A stretch of 64,000 nt of DNA, taken from Cenarchaeum sp. Its GTDB lineage: Archaea; Thermoproteota; Nitrososphaeria; Nitrososphaerales; Nitrosopumilaceae. Numbering within the stretch: the stretch's first letter is position 1; each line of letters opens with the position of its first letter. A program made the position numbers and the translations under genes. The DNA is taken from positions 1,024,001-1,088,000 of the forward strand of contig CBDESU010000002.1 of the NCBI GenBank assembly GCA_965242695.1, written 5' to 3'. Shown here piece after piece: positions 19,725-29,599 of the stretch. The notes beneath the pieces were generated by a model. The model made no database searches, was not told the origin of the DNA, and worked only from the letters and a program-made list of their open reading frames with translations.

Positions 19725-20171
19725 GCCGGGCGGCCGGCCGGGACAATATCGTATAAACCGTCGGGCGGGGGCTGGGGATCTGGGCTGGAGGGCCCGCGTC
19801 CGGGCAGCGCCGGCGCGCCCCGGGGCGGCAGCGCGCACCTGCCTGGCGTGGGGGCGTTCGGGGCCGGCGCGCCACGGGGCGCCCCTGCAGGCGGTGGCTT
19901 CGGCCAGAGGCTCGGACTGGGGCGCACCTTGGCATCGCAGGCCTTATAGCGTGGCGGCCCGCAGGCCGCGCGTGCCGGCATGCATTGCGCGCGGGATGGC
20001 GAGGCGGGGCTCCATGGGCCCGCCGGCGGACTGCGGGCCTGAACTTGGACTGCCTGCCGCCGACGGGCATGCGGGCGCCCCGGGGCGGACCGCGGAAGAG
20101 TTTGGCCGCATCGACGTGCGCCTCCGTCTGGATGAACCGGCGCCGCTTGCAGATCGCGGGGGCCGTTGGCA

Positions 20172-21308
20172 ATGAACGATGCATTCGTGGCCCGAGCCTC
20201 CGACATGATCGATTCGAAGGACATCGACCATTTTTCCACGCATGGACTGGGCGAGATGCTGGCCGAAATGGGCGAGGCGCATGACATGGGCACCGTGCGA
20301 GCCCTGACCGAGCGCCTGATCGAGGACGAGGCGTACGGGCAGGTCGATGCGATCGCCGCGGGCCTGCGCGACATGGCATCCCACAGCGGCGGGCCTGCGC
20401 AAGTGGTCGATGTCGCAGCGAAGATGGCGCGCTGCGGCATGTCAGAGGGCCCCGCCCAAAGGGCGCTAATCCACACGGGGAGGGCGAACCCGGACGAGGC
20501 CGTCCTCGTGGCAGAACGCCTCGCAGGGATAGGCGATGCAGAGCATGCGGCATTCCTGATCGGGGGGGCCTATGCGGGGGCAACGGCTAGGTGCGAGGGC
20601 CTGATAGGGTCGCTCGCGTCGTCTGATCGCCCTGCCAACGTAGCCGCGGCGCTGCTGTCGGTTCGCTGCGCATACACCGAGCACGGCGCGCCGGATGCCG
20701 GCCGCATTGCGGACATGGTAGCCGATGCGCTGCGCACCTACGGCGACGACGTCGTCTGCGAGGCAATGGATACGCTGCTCGACATATGCGGCGCGGACAG
20801 GGAGAGGATCGGCCCCATGATACGGGACCTGGCCGAGCGCTGCCACGCCTGCAGGCCGATACTGGCGACGGGCATTTCGCTGGATTTTCCGCTCAGCGAC
20901 GACGAGTGCCTTGACTGCCTGGACATATGCATCGACGACAGGACGATCTCGGACCAGGGCGTCGTGTACAGCGCGTACAGGGTGCTCAGAAGGCTGGCGG
21001 GATCCCGCCCCGACAGGGCGACGCGCATGCTCGTCTATCTTGCCGAGCGGGGCGCGTACCTCGACGCCCATGCGGGGGCTGTCATTGCAGAGCTGGGCAG
21101 GAAGAGCCCAGAGGCGGCCGCGGCCGCCATTCTGTCGCTGTTGAGGTGGGCGCCCAAGTGGGACATGGTCCAATCCCTTCCGTTTATGGTGCAGCAGGCG
21201 GGCAAATTCGCCGATTCTGCGGCCGCATCGGAGGCCATCGCGGCCGCGGTCAGGTCGGATCCGGAATTGTCAAGGCACTACCTGCCTCTGCTGGCCGCCC
21301 CCCAGTGA
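20172..21308 (+). CDS. Alpha-helical (HEAT/ARM-like) hypothetical protein, possibly truncated
   Basis: ~380 aa, Ala/Leu-rich amphipathic helices; no clear catalytic motif. Confidence 0.55.
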   Translation: MNDAFVARASDMIDSKDIDHFSTHGLGEMLAEMGEAHDMGTVRALTERLIEDEAYGQVDAIAAGLRDMASHSGGPAQVVDVAAKMARCGMSEGPAQRALIHTGRANPDEAVLVAERLAGIGDAEHAAFLIGGAYAGATARCEGLIGSLASSDRPANVAAALLSVRCAYTEHGAPDAGRIADMVADALRTYGDDVVCEAMDTLLDICGADRERIGPMIRDLAERCHACRPILATGISLDFPLSDDECLDCLDICIDDRTISDQGVVYSAYRVLRRLAGSRPDRATRMLVYLAERGAYLDAHAGAVIAELGRKSPEAAAAAILSLLRWAPKWDMVQSLPFMVQQAGKFADSAAASEAIAAAVRSDPELSRHYLPLLAAPQ

Positions 21309-21513
21309 GGTATGTCCGCGGCCGCGCATTTGCGCCAAACCGCTCGCACACTCCGCCCCTCTCCCAAGGCTTCGCCGGTCTGCTGATCGCGCGCTGGGCC
21401 GTCCGACGGAGGAGCCGCGTTGCCGCCGCGCCAGGCTTGCCCCGCGGCGCGTACCAACATCGCACCCGCGTCATTCTGCGCTTGCGCTGCAGCACGCCGT
21501 CCGGTACCGCATC

Positions 21514-22197
21514 CTAGATCACGTCGAACCTGCCGCCGGCCCTCGCCCTGTATATGACGTCGGGCTTGCGGGCGAATATGCCGACCTCGGCGACGCCGGC
21601 CACGCCGGCGAGCCTGCGCCTGAGCGGCGCCGGCCTCTGGATGGGGCCGAACGCGCAGTCCAGCACGACGTTGCCGTTTTCGGTGACGAACGGGTACCCC
21701 CTGTCGAGCAGGCGCAGGCTCGGCCTGCCGCCCATCTTCCGCACGGCGTCGGCCGCGTACGACCTGGCCAGCGGGTGGACCTCGACGGGGATGTCCCTGT
21801 CGAGCACGGGGGCGAACTTTGTCTCGTCGGCCATGACGACAAACTTTTTGGCCGCACTCGCGACTATGTTCTCCCTGAGCAGGGCGCCCCCGCCCCCCTT
21901 TACGACGGTCCTGCCGGCGTCGATCTGGTCGGCCCCGTCGAACACGACGTCTATTCCGCCGGCCCCTATGCGGTCGGCCTCGGCGAGCGGTATGCGGCCT
22001 GCCTCGGCTACGAGCTTGATCTGGAGCGACGTCGGGACGCCGGTCACGCTGATGCCGCCCTCGCCGGCGCGGGCGGCAAGGGCCCTGGCCAGTGCGGTGG
22101 CAGCCCTGCCGCTGCCCAGGCCGACCACCTGCCCGTCCCTGACCATGCCCAGCGCATGCTCGGACATCGCCCTGATGGCGGCGTCGAACCTTGTCAT
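21514..22197 (-). CDS. rpiA: Ribose-5-phosphate isomerase A
   Basis: VGLGSG, DGADQI, KGGGGALLRE, VTENGN. Confidence 0.93.
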   Translation of the reverse strand: MTRFDAAIRAMSEHALGMVRDGQVVGLGSGRAATALARALAARAGEGGISVTGVPTSLQIKLVAEAGRIPLAEADRIGAGGIDVVFDGADQIDAGRTVVKGGGGALLRENIVASAAKKFVVMADETKFAPVLDRDIPVEVHPLARSYAADAVRKMGGRPSLRLLDRGYPFVTENGNVVLDCAFGPIQRPAPLRRRLAGVAGVAEVGIFARKPDVIYRARAGGRFDVI

Positions 22198-23471
22198 TCC
22201 ACCTCTGCCTGCTCGAGCTTTGAAAGAGTGCTCCTAATGTCGGCCACTATGGCCGCCAGGTCGTCGTCGGCCGGATCGTCGGCCGCCAGGTCCTGCTCCT
22301 CGGCATCCGGGACGCTGAACGGCCTCGGCTTGGGCAGCCGTTCGGGCAGGGACGAGGATGCCGCATGCTGCGGCCCTGCTCCCGCCGCCACTGGTGCTGC
22401 CGCCGCCGCGGTGGCGGCTGCCGGCGCAGCTGCAGCTGCTGCCGCCCCGGCCCCAGCACCGGGCTTTGTTGCCTGGTTTGGCTGCTGCGCCGCCCCGGCC
22501 TGCGGCTGGGGCGATGGCCGCGTGGGCTGGGGCGAAGGCGGGGACTGGGACGGGGGCGAAGGCGAAGGCGGGGACTGGGACGGGGGCGAAGGCGAAGGCG
22601 AAGGCGGGGACTGGGCGCGCGCCGGCCCGGCTCCGGCCGGCCGCCCGACCTCTGGGAACTTTCGCCCGCTGGCGCCGCCGCCGATGGTCGTAAGGGTGGT
22701 GATCTCTACGGGCTTTACGCCCTGGCGCATCCCGGGCGATGCGGGCTTCGTATGCGGGCCTTTCGCCTCCGGCTGCCGCTGCTGCTGTTGCGCCTGCTGC
22801 AGGGTTGCCGGCTGTTCCTGCCGTGGCATGTCGAGCGTCGACTGCTGCGCGGCAGCCGCTGCGCCCTCCTGCCGCGGCGCACCGATGGCTTCCGCCGCCC
22901 CGCCTGCCGTTCCCGCATCCGCGCCGGGACTGGCGGCAACCGCCTTTTCCTGCATGCCCGCCTTTTTGCCGGGCCTGCGCGCCCGGGACCCCTGCGCCGC
23001 CTCTTCCGCCTCGGCCCCGGCGGCGGCCGCAGCGGGAACCGCCGCCGCGATCCTGGCGGACAGCTCGTGCAGCCTCTCGTCTAGCGACGAGAGCTTTTGG
23101 TCCATCAGCTCGGCCAGGCCGTCGCCTACGGGCCCGAGGTCGGGGTACCTGCTCGCCTCTTCGAGCCTGTCGATCTTTGCCAAGACGGCGGCGAGCTGGC
23201 GCTGGTACATTGCGAGCAGCGCGTCCTTCTGCCTCTCGTTCAACCCGGCATCCTCGTGCACCCTGGATATGGCCTTTCCGAGTATGTCCCGCTCGGCGGC
23301 AAGCGCGCCTATCCTGGAGCGTATGCGCCCTGCCGCGTCGGCGCCCCCCTGCCCCCCTGTCAGCCGGCCGCGCCCGCCGCGGCGCAGGGCGCCCCTGCCG
23401 GGCAGCCTCCTGTACGCCACGGCCGAGGCGGCGCCGGCAACGCCGGTCAGGAGCAGGACTATCTCTTGCAT
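22194..23471 (-). CDS. Membrane-anchored coiled-coil protein with low-complexity linker
   Basis: ATG overlaps the rpl37e stop (TAATG); TM, coiled coil, Pro/Ser repeats, ends LSKLEQAEVE overlapping rpiA. Confidence 0.7.
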   Translation of the reverse strand: MQEIVLLLTGVAGAASAVAYRRLPGRGALRRGGRGRLTGGQGGADAAGRIRSRIGALAAERDILGKAISRVHEDAGLNERQKDALLAMYQRQLAAVLAKIDRLEEASRYPDLGPVGDGLAELMDQKLSSLDERLHELSARIAAAVPAAAAAGAEAEEAAQGSRARRPGKKAGMQEKAVAASPGADAGTAGGAAEAIGAPRQEGAAAAAQQSTLDMPRQEQPATLQQAQQQQRQPEAKGPHTKPASPGMRQGVKPVEITTLTTIGGGASGRKFPEVGRPAGAGPARAQSPPSPSPSPPSQSPPSPSPPSQSPPSPQPTRPSPQPQAGAAQQPNQATKPGAGAGAAAAAAAPAAATAAAAAPVAAGAGPQHAASSSLPERLPKPRPFSVPDAEEQDLAADDPADDDLAAIVADIRSTLSKLEQAEVE

Positions 23472-23638
23472 TAGGCGTACCACTTGACCCAAGAGTACTT
23501 TCTAATCTTGGCGTCGGGGAACCCGCAGCTCGCGCACCTGTGGTGGCGCTTGTGGTACGAGTTGCGGCCGCACCTGCGGCACCGTATGTGGACGTGCTTC
23601 CTCGTGAAGCCGCCCATCGAGGTCGTGCCCTTTACCAC
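23471..23638 (-). CDS. rpl37e: 50S ribosomal protein L37e (absent from the ORF track)
   Basis: Hand translation: [55 protein letters not shown]; canonical position after Lsm. Confidence 0.95.
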   Translation of the reverse strand: MVKGTTSMGGFTRKHVHIRCRRCGRNSYHKRHHRCASCGFPDAKIRKYSWVKWYA

Positions 23639-23661
23639 GGCGCATCACACCCGTCCGGTCC

Positions 23662-23889
23662 CTAGCTGGGAGGCGGCGAGATCATGACGACGTTGTCGCC
23701 CCTCACCACGATGGTGCCGAGCTCCTTTTCCTCCTCGCCGGCCCTCTCGACCGACTCGTCGAGCAGCAGGTTCATGTGCTGGTCGAACCCGCGGAGGCTG
23801 CCGCGTATGGTCTTGTTGCCCTTTAGCTTGATCAGGACGACCTTTTTGATGCTCTCGTCTAGCACCTTTACGGCCATGTCTGCGGACAT
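23662..23889 (-). CDS. Sm-like (Lsm) protein
   Basis: GSLRGFDQHMNLLL, IVVRGDNV. Confidence 0.93.
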   Translation of the reverse strand: MSADMAVKVLDESIKKVVLIKLKGNKTIRGSLRGFDQHMNLLLDESVERAGEEEKELGTIVVRGDNVVMISPPPS

Positions 23890-24711
23890 CTACTGCACCC
23901 GCCGGCGCGCCGATCCGCCGCTATATAAGATTTCATGGGGGCCGCCTGGCGCGCGCGGCCCCCTCATGGCCGAGCGGCACCTGCCCGCCGCCCTTGCCGC
24001 GATGCCGGCCAGCAGGCGGCGCCCGCGCGCGGCGCTTGCCCCCCTCGGGTCGCCCCACACGCCGCTCGGAGCCACCGACGGGAACGATGCCGAGGCCCTC
24101 CTGGCGACGGCGGCCCGATCGGCGCCCGACATGCCTGGCTCCTCGACGTACCCCCTGGCGGCCCTGCCCATCCTGGCGCTGCGGCCGCCCGACACGGCGA
24201 GCATGAGCGACGTCTCGGCCATGCCCGCGTGGTCGAACGGGCCGTCCATAAAGTGCCAGTAGGACAGGGCCAGCACGCGCGCGCCCCTGCCCTCGGGCCT
24301 GCCGAGCCTGCCGCGGCCGGGCCCCCTGTCCCGGCGGCACGCCTCCCTGAGGGCCTCTAGGTTGCCGTGGTGCCCGTTGACTACGAACAGGGCCTTGATG
24401 CCGCCGGCCCCGAGCGAGTCGGCCAGGTCGCCTAGCGCGGCCGCCAGCGTGCCGCGCTTCAGGCTCGCGTTGAACATCGGGGCGTGCTCGAACGAGACGC
24501 CGTACGGGACGGGGGGCAGCAGGAGGTACCCGTTGGCCCTGCCCACGCGCCTTGCCACCTCTGCCGATATTGCCGTATCCGTGGACATTGCCAGGTGGTC
24601 CCCGTGCTGCTCGAGCGAGCCGACCGCGAGTATGGCCGCCGCGCTCTTTGATCCGCTTATCCACCTGCGCACGTCGGGGTCGTACCCCGCCGCGGCGTCT
24701 GGCGGCGGCAT
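23890..24711 (-). CDS. Creatininase-family amidohydrolase
   Basis: GSLEQHGDHL..TD, SFEH, NGHHGN, DHAGMAETS. Confidence 0.88.
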   Translation of the reverse strand: MPPPDAAAGYDPDVRRWISGSKSAAAILAVGSLEQHGDHLAMSTDTAISAEVARRVGRANGYLLLPPVPYGVSFEHAPMFNASLKRGTLAAALGDLADSLGAGGIKALFVVNGHHGNLEALREACRRDRGPGRGRLGRPEGRGARVLALSYWHFMDGPFDHAGMAETSLMLAVSGGRSARMGRAARGYVEEPGMSGADRAAVARRASASFPSVAPSGVWGDPRGASAARGRRLLAGIAARAAGRCRSAMRGPRAPGGPHEILYSGGSARRRVQ

Positions 24712-24712
24712 G

Positions 24713-25597
24713 CTACCGGGCCCCGGCGCCTTTGCCGCCCCGCCGCGCGGCCCCTCCGCCCCTTGCGGGCCTCACGTGGACCTTTCTCCAGCGCACGTCG
24801 AGCCTGTCCTCGAGGTGAAGCGTGACGGCCCTTACCAGGGTCCTGGCCTCTAGGCCCTGCCCCCGGCGCTTGACCTCTTCGAGCGCATCGTCTGGGTCGA
24901 CGGCGAAAGAGTCCTGCAGGATGATCGGGCCCTGGTCCAGGTTTTCAGTGACGTAGTGGGACGTGACGCCGGCGATCTTTGTTCCCCGCTCGTACGCCTG
25001 CGCGTACGCCATGGCGCCGGGGAACGCCGGCAGAAGGGACGGGTGTATGTTGATGATGCGGTTCGGATACCTCCAGACAAAGTTGGGGTTTAGTATGCGC
25101 ATGTAGCGGGCCAGGACGATCAGGTCGACGTCGTGCTCGCGGCACACCCCGATGAGCCTCTCCTCTGCCCTTGCCTGGTCGCGCTCCTCTACGGCGACGA
25201 ACGGCACGCCTGCCCTCTTGGCCATGGGCTCGAGCGCGCGCTCGGTGCCGACTATGACCGAGATGTCGCCGGCGATGCGGCCCCTTGCGGCCAGGAGTGC
25301 GCGCAGGCAGTGCGGCTCTTTTGTGACGAACACGGCGACGCTCTTGCGCCTCGCGCCGCCGACGTGGACGCTCACGTCCATGCCGTACCGCCTGCCGACC
25401 CTGCGCAGCGCAGGCTCTAGCCCGTCGATGCCGCCCCTGAACGTGGCCTCTACGTACATGCCGAACACGCCCTTTACGACGTTCTGGCTGAGCGACTCTA
25501 TGTTGCCGCCGTGCCTGAACACAAAGCCCGTGAATGCGGCCACGACGCCCTCCCTGTCGGGGCCGACGGCGGCGATGCCGACCGGGGTCCTTGCCAT
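24713..25597 (-). CDS. purU: Formyltetrahydrofolate deformylase
   Basis: ACT domain (GPDREGVVA), LARYMRIL, INIHPSLLPAFPGA, LDQGPII. Confidence 0.9.
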   Translation of the reverse strand: MARTPVGIAAVGPDREGVVAAFTGFVFRHGGNIESLSQNVVKGVFGMYVEATFRGGIDGLEPALRRVGRRYGMDVSVHVGGARRKSVAVFVTKEPHCLRALLAARGRIAGDISVIVGTERALEPMAKRAGVPFVAVEERDQARAEERLIGVCREHDVDLIVLARYMRILNPNFVWRYPNRIINIHPSLLPAFPGAMAYAQAYERGTKIAGVTSHYVTENLDQGPIILQDSFAVDPDDALEEVKRRGQGLEARTLVRAVTLHLEDRLDVRWRKVHVRPARGGGAARRGGKGAGAR

Positions 25598-25721
25598 GCG
25601 CGCGCGCGGCCCGGCTTTCTTATTAACCGTCGTGGGCCGCCGCGGCGCGCGGCTCCGGCCGGGCGGGATGCTGCCTTGGCCCCGCTGCGCCGCACCGGCG
25701 CGGCGGGCTGGCCGGTGTAGG

Positions 25722-25955
25722 TCATGGTGGACGGTACAAAAACGGCACTTCTTCGGGGCCCGCGTACATGTATCGCATGTACGGATTCCCCTTGCCCGCC
25801 TTGCACCCCTCTTCGTGGACCCGACCGGGGCCTTTTCCATGTGCGACGATCTCCCCGCTGGCAACGGCTATCCACTGGCCGGCGTACCGCTCGACGTCCT
25901 CGCTGGTCATCGAGTTGAAGAACTTCCTGCAATCCCTTGGGCTGTTGCCTGTCAT
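25722..25955 (-). CDS. DUF5678-like small protein, copy 1
   Basis: ERYAGQWIAVASGEIVAHG; own TTTAAT box; near-identical to the other copies. Confidence 0.8.
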   Translation of the reverse strand: MTGNSPRDCRKFFNSMTSEDVERYAGQWIAVASGEIVAHGKGPGRVHEEGCKAGKGNPYMRYMYAGPEEVPFLYRPP

Positions 25956-26092
25956 TGAACTGCGGCGCCAGGTTGCCCATTAAAGCATTTGGGCATCGAG
26001 ACGGCCCGCCGGCGCCGGCTGGTGCCTGGGGACCGCCATGGCATTTGGGCATCCTGCGTATGTGGAATACGCAGGCCCGCGCAGTCGGCGTG

Positions 26093-26617
26093 TCACGCCT
26101 GCGAGCCGATCTGCGGCCATCCGCCGATTTTTCGGAGCCATACAGCCTTTTGGGACTCGCTGATGCACATGTCGAACTTGTTGAAAAGGCCACGCCGCCC
26201 AAGCAGAAACGGGAGGCCGAATTTGGGATCGCGGGACCATTCCGTGCCGGGCGTAAGCGCATCTATGACGCCAACATCAAGCCAGCCTTCGTCGTGCTCT
26301 ATTTCCCCTCCGAATTTTGCTTCATACGCATAGAACTTGCCGGATGGTCCCAACACGGCCTGTCTTGTCCCTTCGTCGACTGCGGCGCCCAACCCGTCGC
26401 GCGACCACATGGGCACGGTGGACGCACTGGCGCCCGTGTCCAGCATCGCGACGGCCTGGACGATGCGGCCGCCTGCGTCTGCCGGGTCGACGCCAGCCGG
26501 GCGCATGCGGATAAGGAGGGCTGGCACGGGAACAAGGGACGGCCCTGTCTCTCCCGGCACCTCTACATTTGCGTAGTTGAAGCGCTTCAGCTCGGCCGGG
26601 GGCGCATTGTAGGTCAT
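26093..26617 (-). CDS. Retropepsin-like aspartyl protease
   Basis: AMLDTGAS and FLLGR; ATGA overlap with DUF5678-like copy 2. Confidence 0.82.
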   Translation of the reverse strand: MTYNAPPAELKRFNYANVEVPGETGPSLVPVPALLIRMRPAGVDPADAGGRIVQAVAMLDTGASASTVPMWSRDGLGAAVDEGTRQAVLGPSGKFYAYEAKFGGEIEHDEGWLDVGVIDALTPGTEWSRDPKFGLPFLLGRRGLFNKFDMCISESQKAVWLRKIGGWPQIGSQA

Positions 26618-26847
26618 GGCGGGCGGTAGAAGAACGGCACCTCTTCGGGGCCCGCATACATGTATCGCATGTACGGATGCCCCTTGCCCGCCCTGCGCCC
26701 TTCGTCAAGGACCTGCCCGGGATCTTCCCCGTGGGCGACGATCTCCCCGCTGGCGACGGCTATCCACTGGCCGGCGTACCGCTCGACGTCCTCGCTGGTC
26801 ATCGAGTTGAAGAACTTCCAGCAATCCTTTGGGGTGTTGCCTACCAT
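26614..26847 (-). CDS. DUF5678-like small protein, copy 2
   Basis: Same core motif; TTTAAT upstream. Confidence 0.8.
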   Translation of the reverse strand: MVGNTPKDCWKFFNSMTSEDVERYAGQWIAVASGEIVAHGEDPGQVLDEGRRAGKGHPYMRYMYAGPEEVPFFYRPP

Positions 26848-26971
26848 TGAGCTGCTGCGTCGGGTGGCCTATTAAAGTATTTGAGCGGCGGCGTGGCCCC
26901 CTCGACACCGACTGACAACAGAGGCGCTACGGTTCCGGCGTGCGGCGATCTCGCCTCGCGTACATGGCTGG

Positions 26972-27205
26972 TCATGGCGGGATGTAGTAGAACGGCACCT
27001 CTTCGGGGCCAGCATAGATGTATTCCATGAATGGGTCTCCCTTGTCGGCCTTCCGCCCGTCGTCGTGGACTCGTCTGGGGTCCTTTCCATGCGCGACGAT
27101 CTCCCCGCTGGCAACGGCTATCCACTGGCCGGCGTACCGCTCGACCTCCTCGCTGGTCATCGACTCCAAGAACTCTCTGCACATCCTTGGGCTGTTGTCT
27201 GCCAT
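26972..27205 (-). CDS. DUF5678-like small protein, copy 3
   Basis: Same core motif; CTTAAT upstream. Confidence 0.8.
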   Translation of the reverse strand: MADNSPRMCREFLESMTSEEVERYAGQWIAVASGEIVAHGKDPRRVHDDGRKADKGDPFMEYIYAGPEEVPFYYIPP

Positions 27206-27507
27206 TGGCGGGGCGGTGCTGGGGCCACATTAAGGCGTTTGGCCATCCAACTTGGCTGCAACCCTGCTTATGAGGCCCTCCTGCCGGTATATATTGCCGC
27301 TAGGCAGTGCCGCCCCATGCGCCGGGGCAACAGCGCTCACATCCGCCGGCATGCAGGCGCTGCCACTGCCACAACTGCCCTCTCGGGGACGGCCATCGTC
27401 ATGAGGCCTGCGCCAATCGTGCGGTCTCCACCCGCCTCCCGTGCGTGCCGCCGTCCGTGCCTTGGGCTTGGCACGCGCATCATCGCGCAGGACGGGGTGC
27501 AGGGCGC

Positions 27508-27747
27508 ATGAGCGGCGGCGCCGCCTTCCCTCCGTTAGAATGGGTGGTTGACAAGTTCAAGATCACACTAGACAAAGTTAGTGGCATTAGAAACGACCCG
27601 TGTACTGGCGCCGACATTATCTCAGTTATAGAACGAGCCGTTTATGTAGGCATGGACTCCGAGCGGATCATAAAGACGTTGCCGGCAGAGTTCGAGCCTA
27701 GTGGCGATTGGAAGCCAAAAGGAGGTGGCTTAAGTGAGTTTAGCTAG
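27508..27747 (+). pseudogene. C-terminal remnant of a Type ISP (LlaBIII-like) restriction-modification enzyme
   Basis: LEWVVDKFKITLDKVSGIRNDP...IERAVYVG..S..II..LP resembles the Type ISP C-terminus as I recall it; low GC. Confidence 0.6.
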
Positions 27748-27903
27748 GATCGATCACACGGAGGATGCCATGCCTGAATTACGAATAGGCAACAATCGTG
27801 TTCTCCATAGTACTGTAAAAGTGATTTGTGGTTGCCAAGCGTCATTGATGGCTGTCACCCGACATGTTGATACTAGGCGGCACGAACACACTGTCTACTT
27901 TTA

Positions 27904-27988
27904 TGCGGGAGGCGGGATTCGAACCCACGAACCCCTAAGAGACAGGGTCCTAAGCCCTGCGCCTTTGACCAGGCTTGGCAACTCCCGC
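27904..27988 (-). tRNA. tRNA-Leu (anticodon TAG), long variable arm, no encoded CCA
   Basis: GCGGGAG/CTCCCGC acceptor stem; CAGGG-CTTAGGA-CCCTG; GGTTCGAATCC. Confidence 0.96.
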
Positions 27989-28038
27989 GGCGCGCCGCCC
28001 CTGCCGGCCGATTTATCTGTTGCCCGGGGGCGGCCGCG

Positions 28039-29442
28039 ATGACGGAGAGGCTCTTTGGGACCAACGGCATACGCGGCATCCTCGGCCGCGGCCGCCTCAC
28101 GCTCCAGTTCGTCCACGACATGTCCCTGGCGCTGGCAGGCCACTTCGGCGGCGGGCCCCTCCTGGTCGGCCGCGACGGCCGGGCCTCCAGCGTCCCCATA
28201 TCGCGGGCCGTGCGGGCGGCCCTCTCCATGGCCGGCATCGACTGCACCGATGCGGGGCTGGTCCCTACCCCATGCCTCCAGTACGCGGTCAAGCGGCTCG
28301 GGTACAGGGGGGGCATCATGGTTACGGCCTCGCACAACCCGCCCGAGTACGGCGGGATAAAGCCCGTCGAGTCCGACGGCGTAGAGCCGTCGCGCGGGGC
28401 CGAGCTGGAGATCGAAAGGCGCTACTTTGAGATCGAGGTGGCGCCGCGCGGGCACGGCGCCGCCGTCCCCGCGGCCGCATCGCAAGAATCCCCTACTATC
28501 GGCCGCATCCGCGACGGCGACGGCGGCGAGGCCGTCGACACGTACCTGGACGGCATCGCATCGCTCGTCGATGCGGCCGCGATACGGCGCAGAGCCCCGA
28601 CCGTCGCCATCGACGCGGGCAACGGCGCGCAGGCGAATACGGCGCCCGAGCTGTGCCGGCGCCTCGGCTGCCGCGCGGTCGTCGTCAACGGCGAGATCGA
28701 CGCCGGGTTTCCAGGCCGCGGCCCCGAGCCGACCCCCGAGAACCTCGGCGCGCTGTCCCGGGCCGTGGAACAGTCCGGCGCCGACGTCGGCGTCGCGTTC
28801 GACGGCGACGGCGACAGGAGCCTGTTCTGCGACGAGCGCGGGACGGTGCTGACGGGCGACCGTTCGGCGCTCCTGCTGACCGGGCGGCTGCTCTCTGCCG
28901 CGCCCGGATCGACGGTCGTCACGTGCCTCAACTCGGGGTCTGCCATCGAGTCGGCGGCGGCCGCATCAGGGTCGAGGGTGGTGCGCACAAGGGTCGGCAG
29001 CGTAGAGGTCTCGCGTGCGATGGTCGAGCGGGGCGCGCTCGTCGGGTTCGAGGAGAACGGGGGGTTTATGTACGGCAGGCACAACGCGGTGCGCGACGGG
29101 GCCATGACGCTCGCGCTCGTCCTGGACCTGCTCGTGTCCGGCGCGGCATCGCCCCTGTCCGCGGCCGTTGCCGCCCTGCCGCCGTCGTTCACCGCAAAGG
29201 ACAAGGTGCCCTGCGGCTCTGCCGATGCAATGCGCGTCGCCATGTCGGCCATGGCCTCGGGCCACCCGGGGGCGGACACGACGGACGGCGTAAAGGTCGA
29301 CCTCGGCGAGGGCAGGTGGGTCATGGTCAGGGCCAGCGGGACCGAGCCGATCCTGCGCGTGTACGCCGAGGGCAGCTCGCAGGCCGACCTGGACTCGATC
29401 ATGGCCGAGTACGTCGGCCGCGTGCGCTCCCTGGTCGTGTAG
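28039..29442 (+). CDS. glmM: Phosphoglucosamine mutase / phosphomannomutase
   Basis: LFGTNGIRG, TASHNP, FDGDGDR, GFEENGG, RASGTEP. Confidence 0.85.
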   Translation: MTERLFGTNGIRGILGRGRLTLQFVHDMSLALAGHFGGGPLLVGRDGRASSVPISRAVRAALSMAGIDCTDAGLVPTPCLQYAVKRLGYRGGIMVTASHNPPEYGGIKPVESDGVEPSRGAELEIERRYFEIEVAPRGHGAAVPAAASQESPTIGRIRDGDGGEAVDTYLDGIASLVDAAAIRRRAPTVAIDAGNGAQANTAPELCRRLGCRAVVVNGEIDAGFPGRGPEPTPENLGALSRAVEQSGADVGVAFDGDGDRSLFCDERGTVLTGDRSALLLTGRLLSAAPGSTVVTCLNSGSAIESAAAASGSRVVRTRVGSVEVSRAMVERGALVGFEENGGFMYGRHNAVRDGAMTLALVLDLLVSGAASPLSAAVAALPPSFTAKDKVPCGSADAMRVAMSAMASGHPGADTTDGVKVDLGEGRWVMVRASGTEPILRVYAEGSSQADLDSIMAEYVGRVRSLVV

Positions 29443-29599
29443 CGGCCGATGCCGGCAGCGGGGTTTGAGCCGCTTCCATGCGCCGACAGCCGGCGCCGGC
29501 GCCCTCGTTCTTGCGGCAATGCATGCCCCCCGATGCGGGCCGCGGGGCGCATGCCGCCCTGACCGCACGCGCTTAATACCGCGCAGCGGGCCGCGGCCC

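Noticed and set aside
23484-23687. 67-aa plus-strand ORF
   Set aside because: Antisense shadow of rpl37e.
25660-25670. Possible att duplicate of the tRNA-Leu 3' end
   Set aside because: Only ~8 bp match (ggcgggat), which is chance level.
27734-28042. 102-aa ORF
   Set aside because: It spans the antisense of tRNA-Leu and has no recognisable motif.
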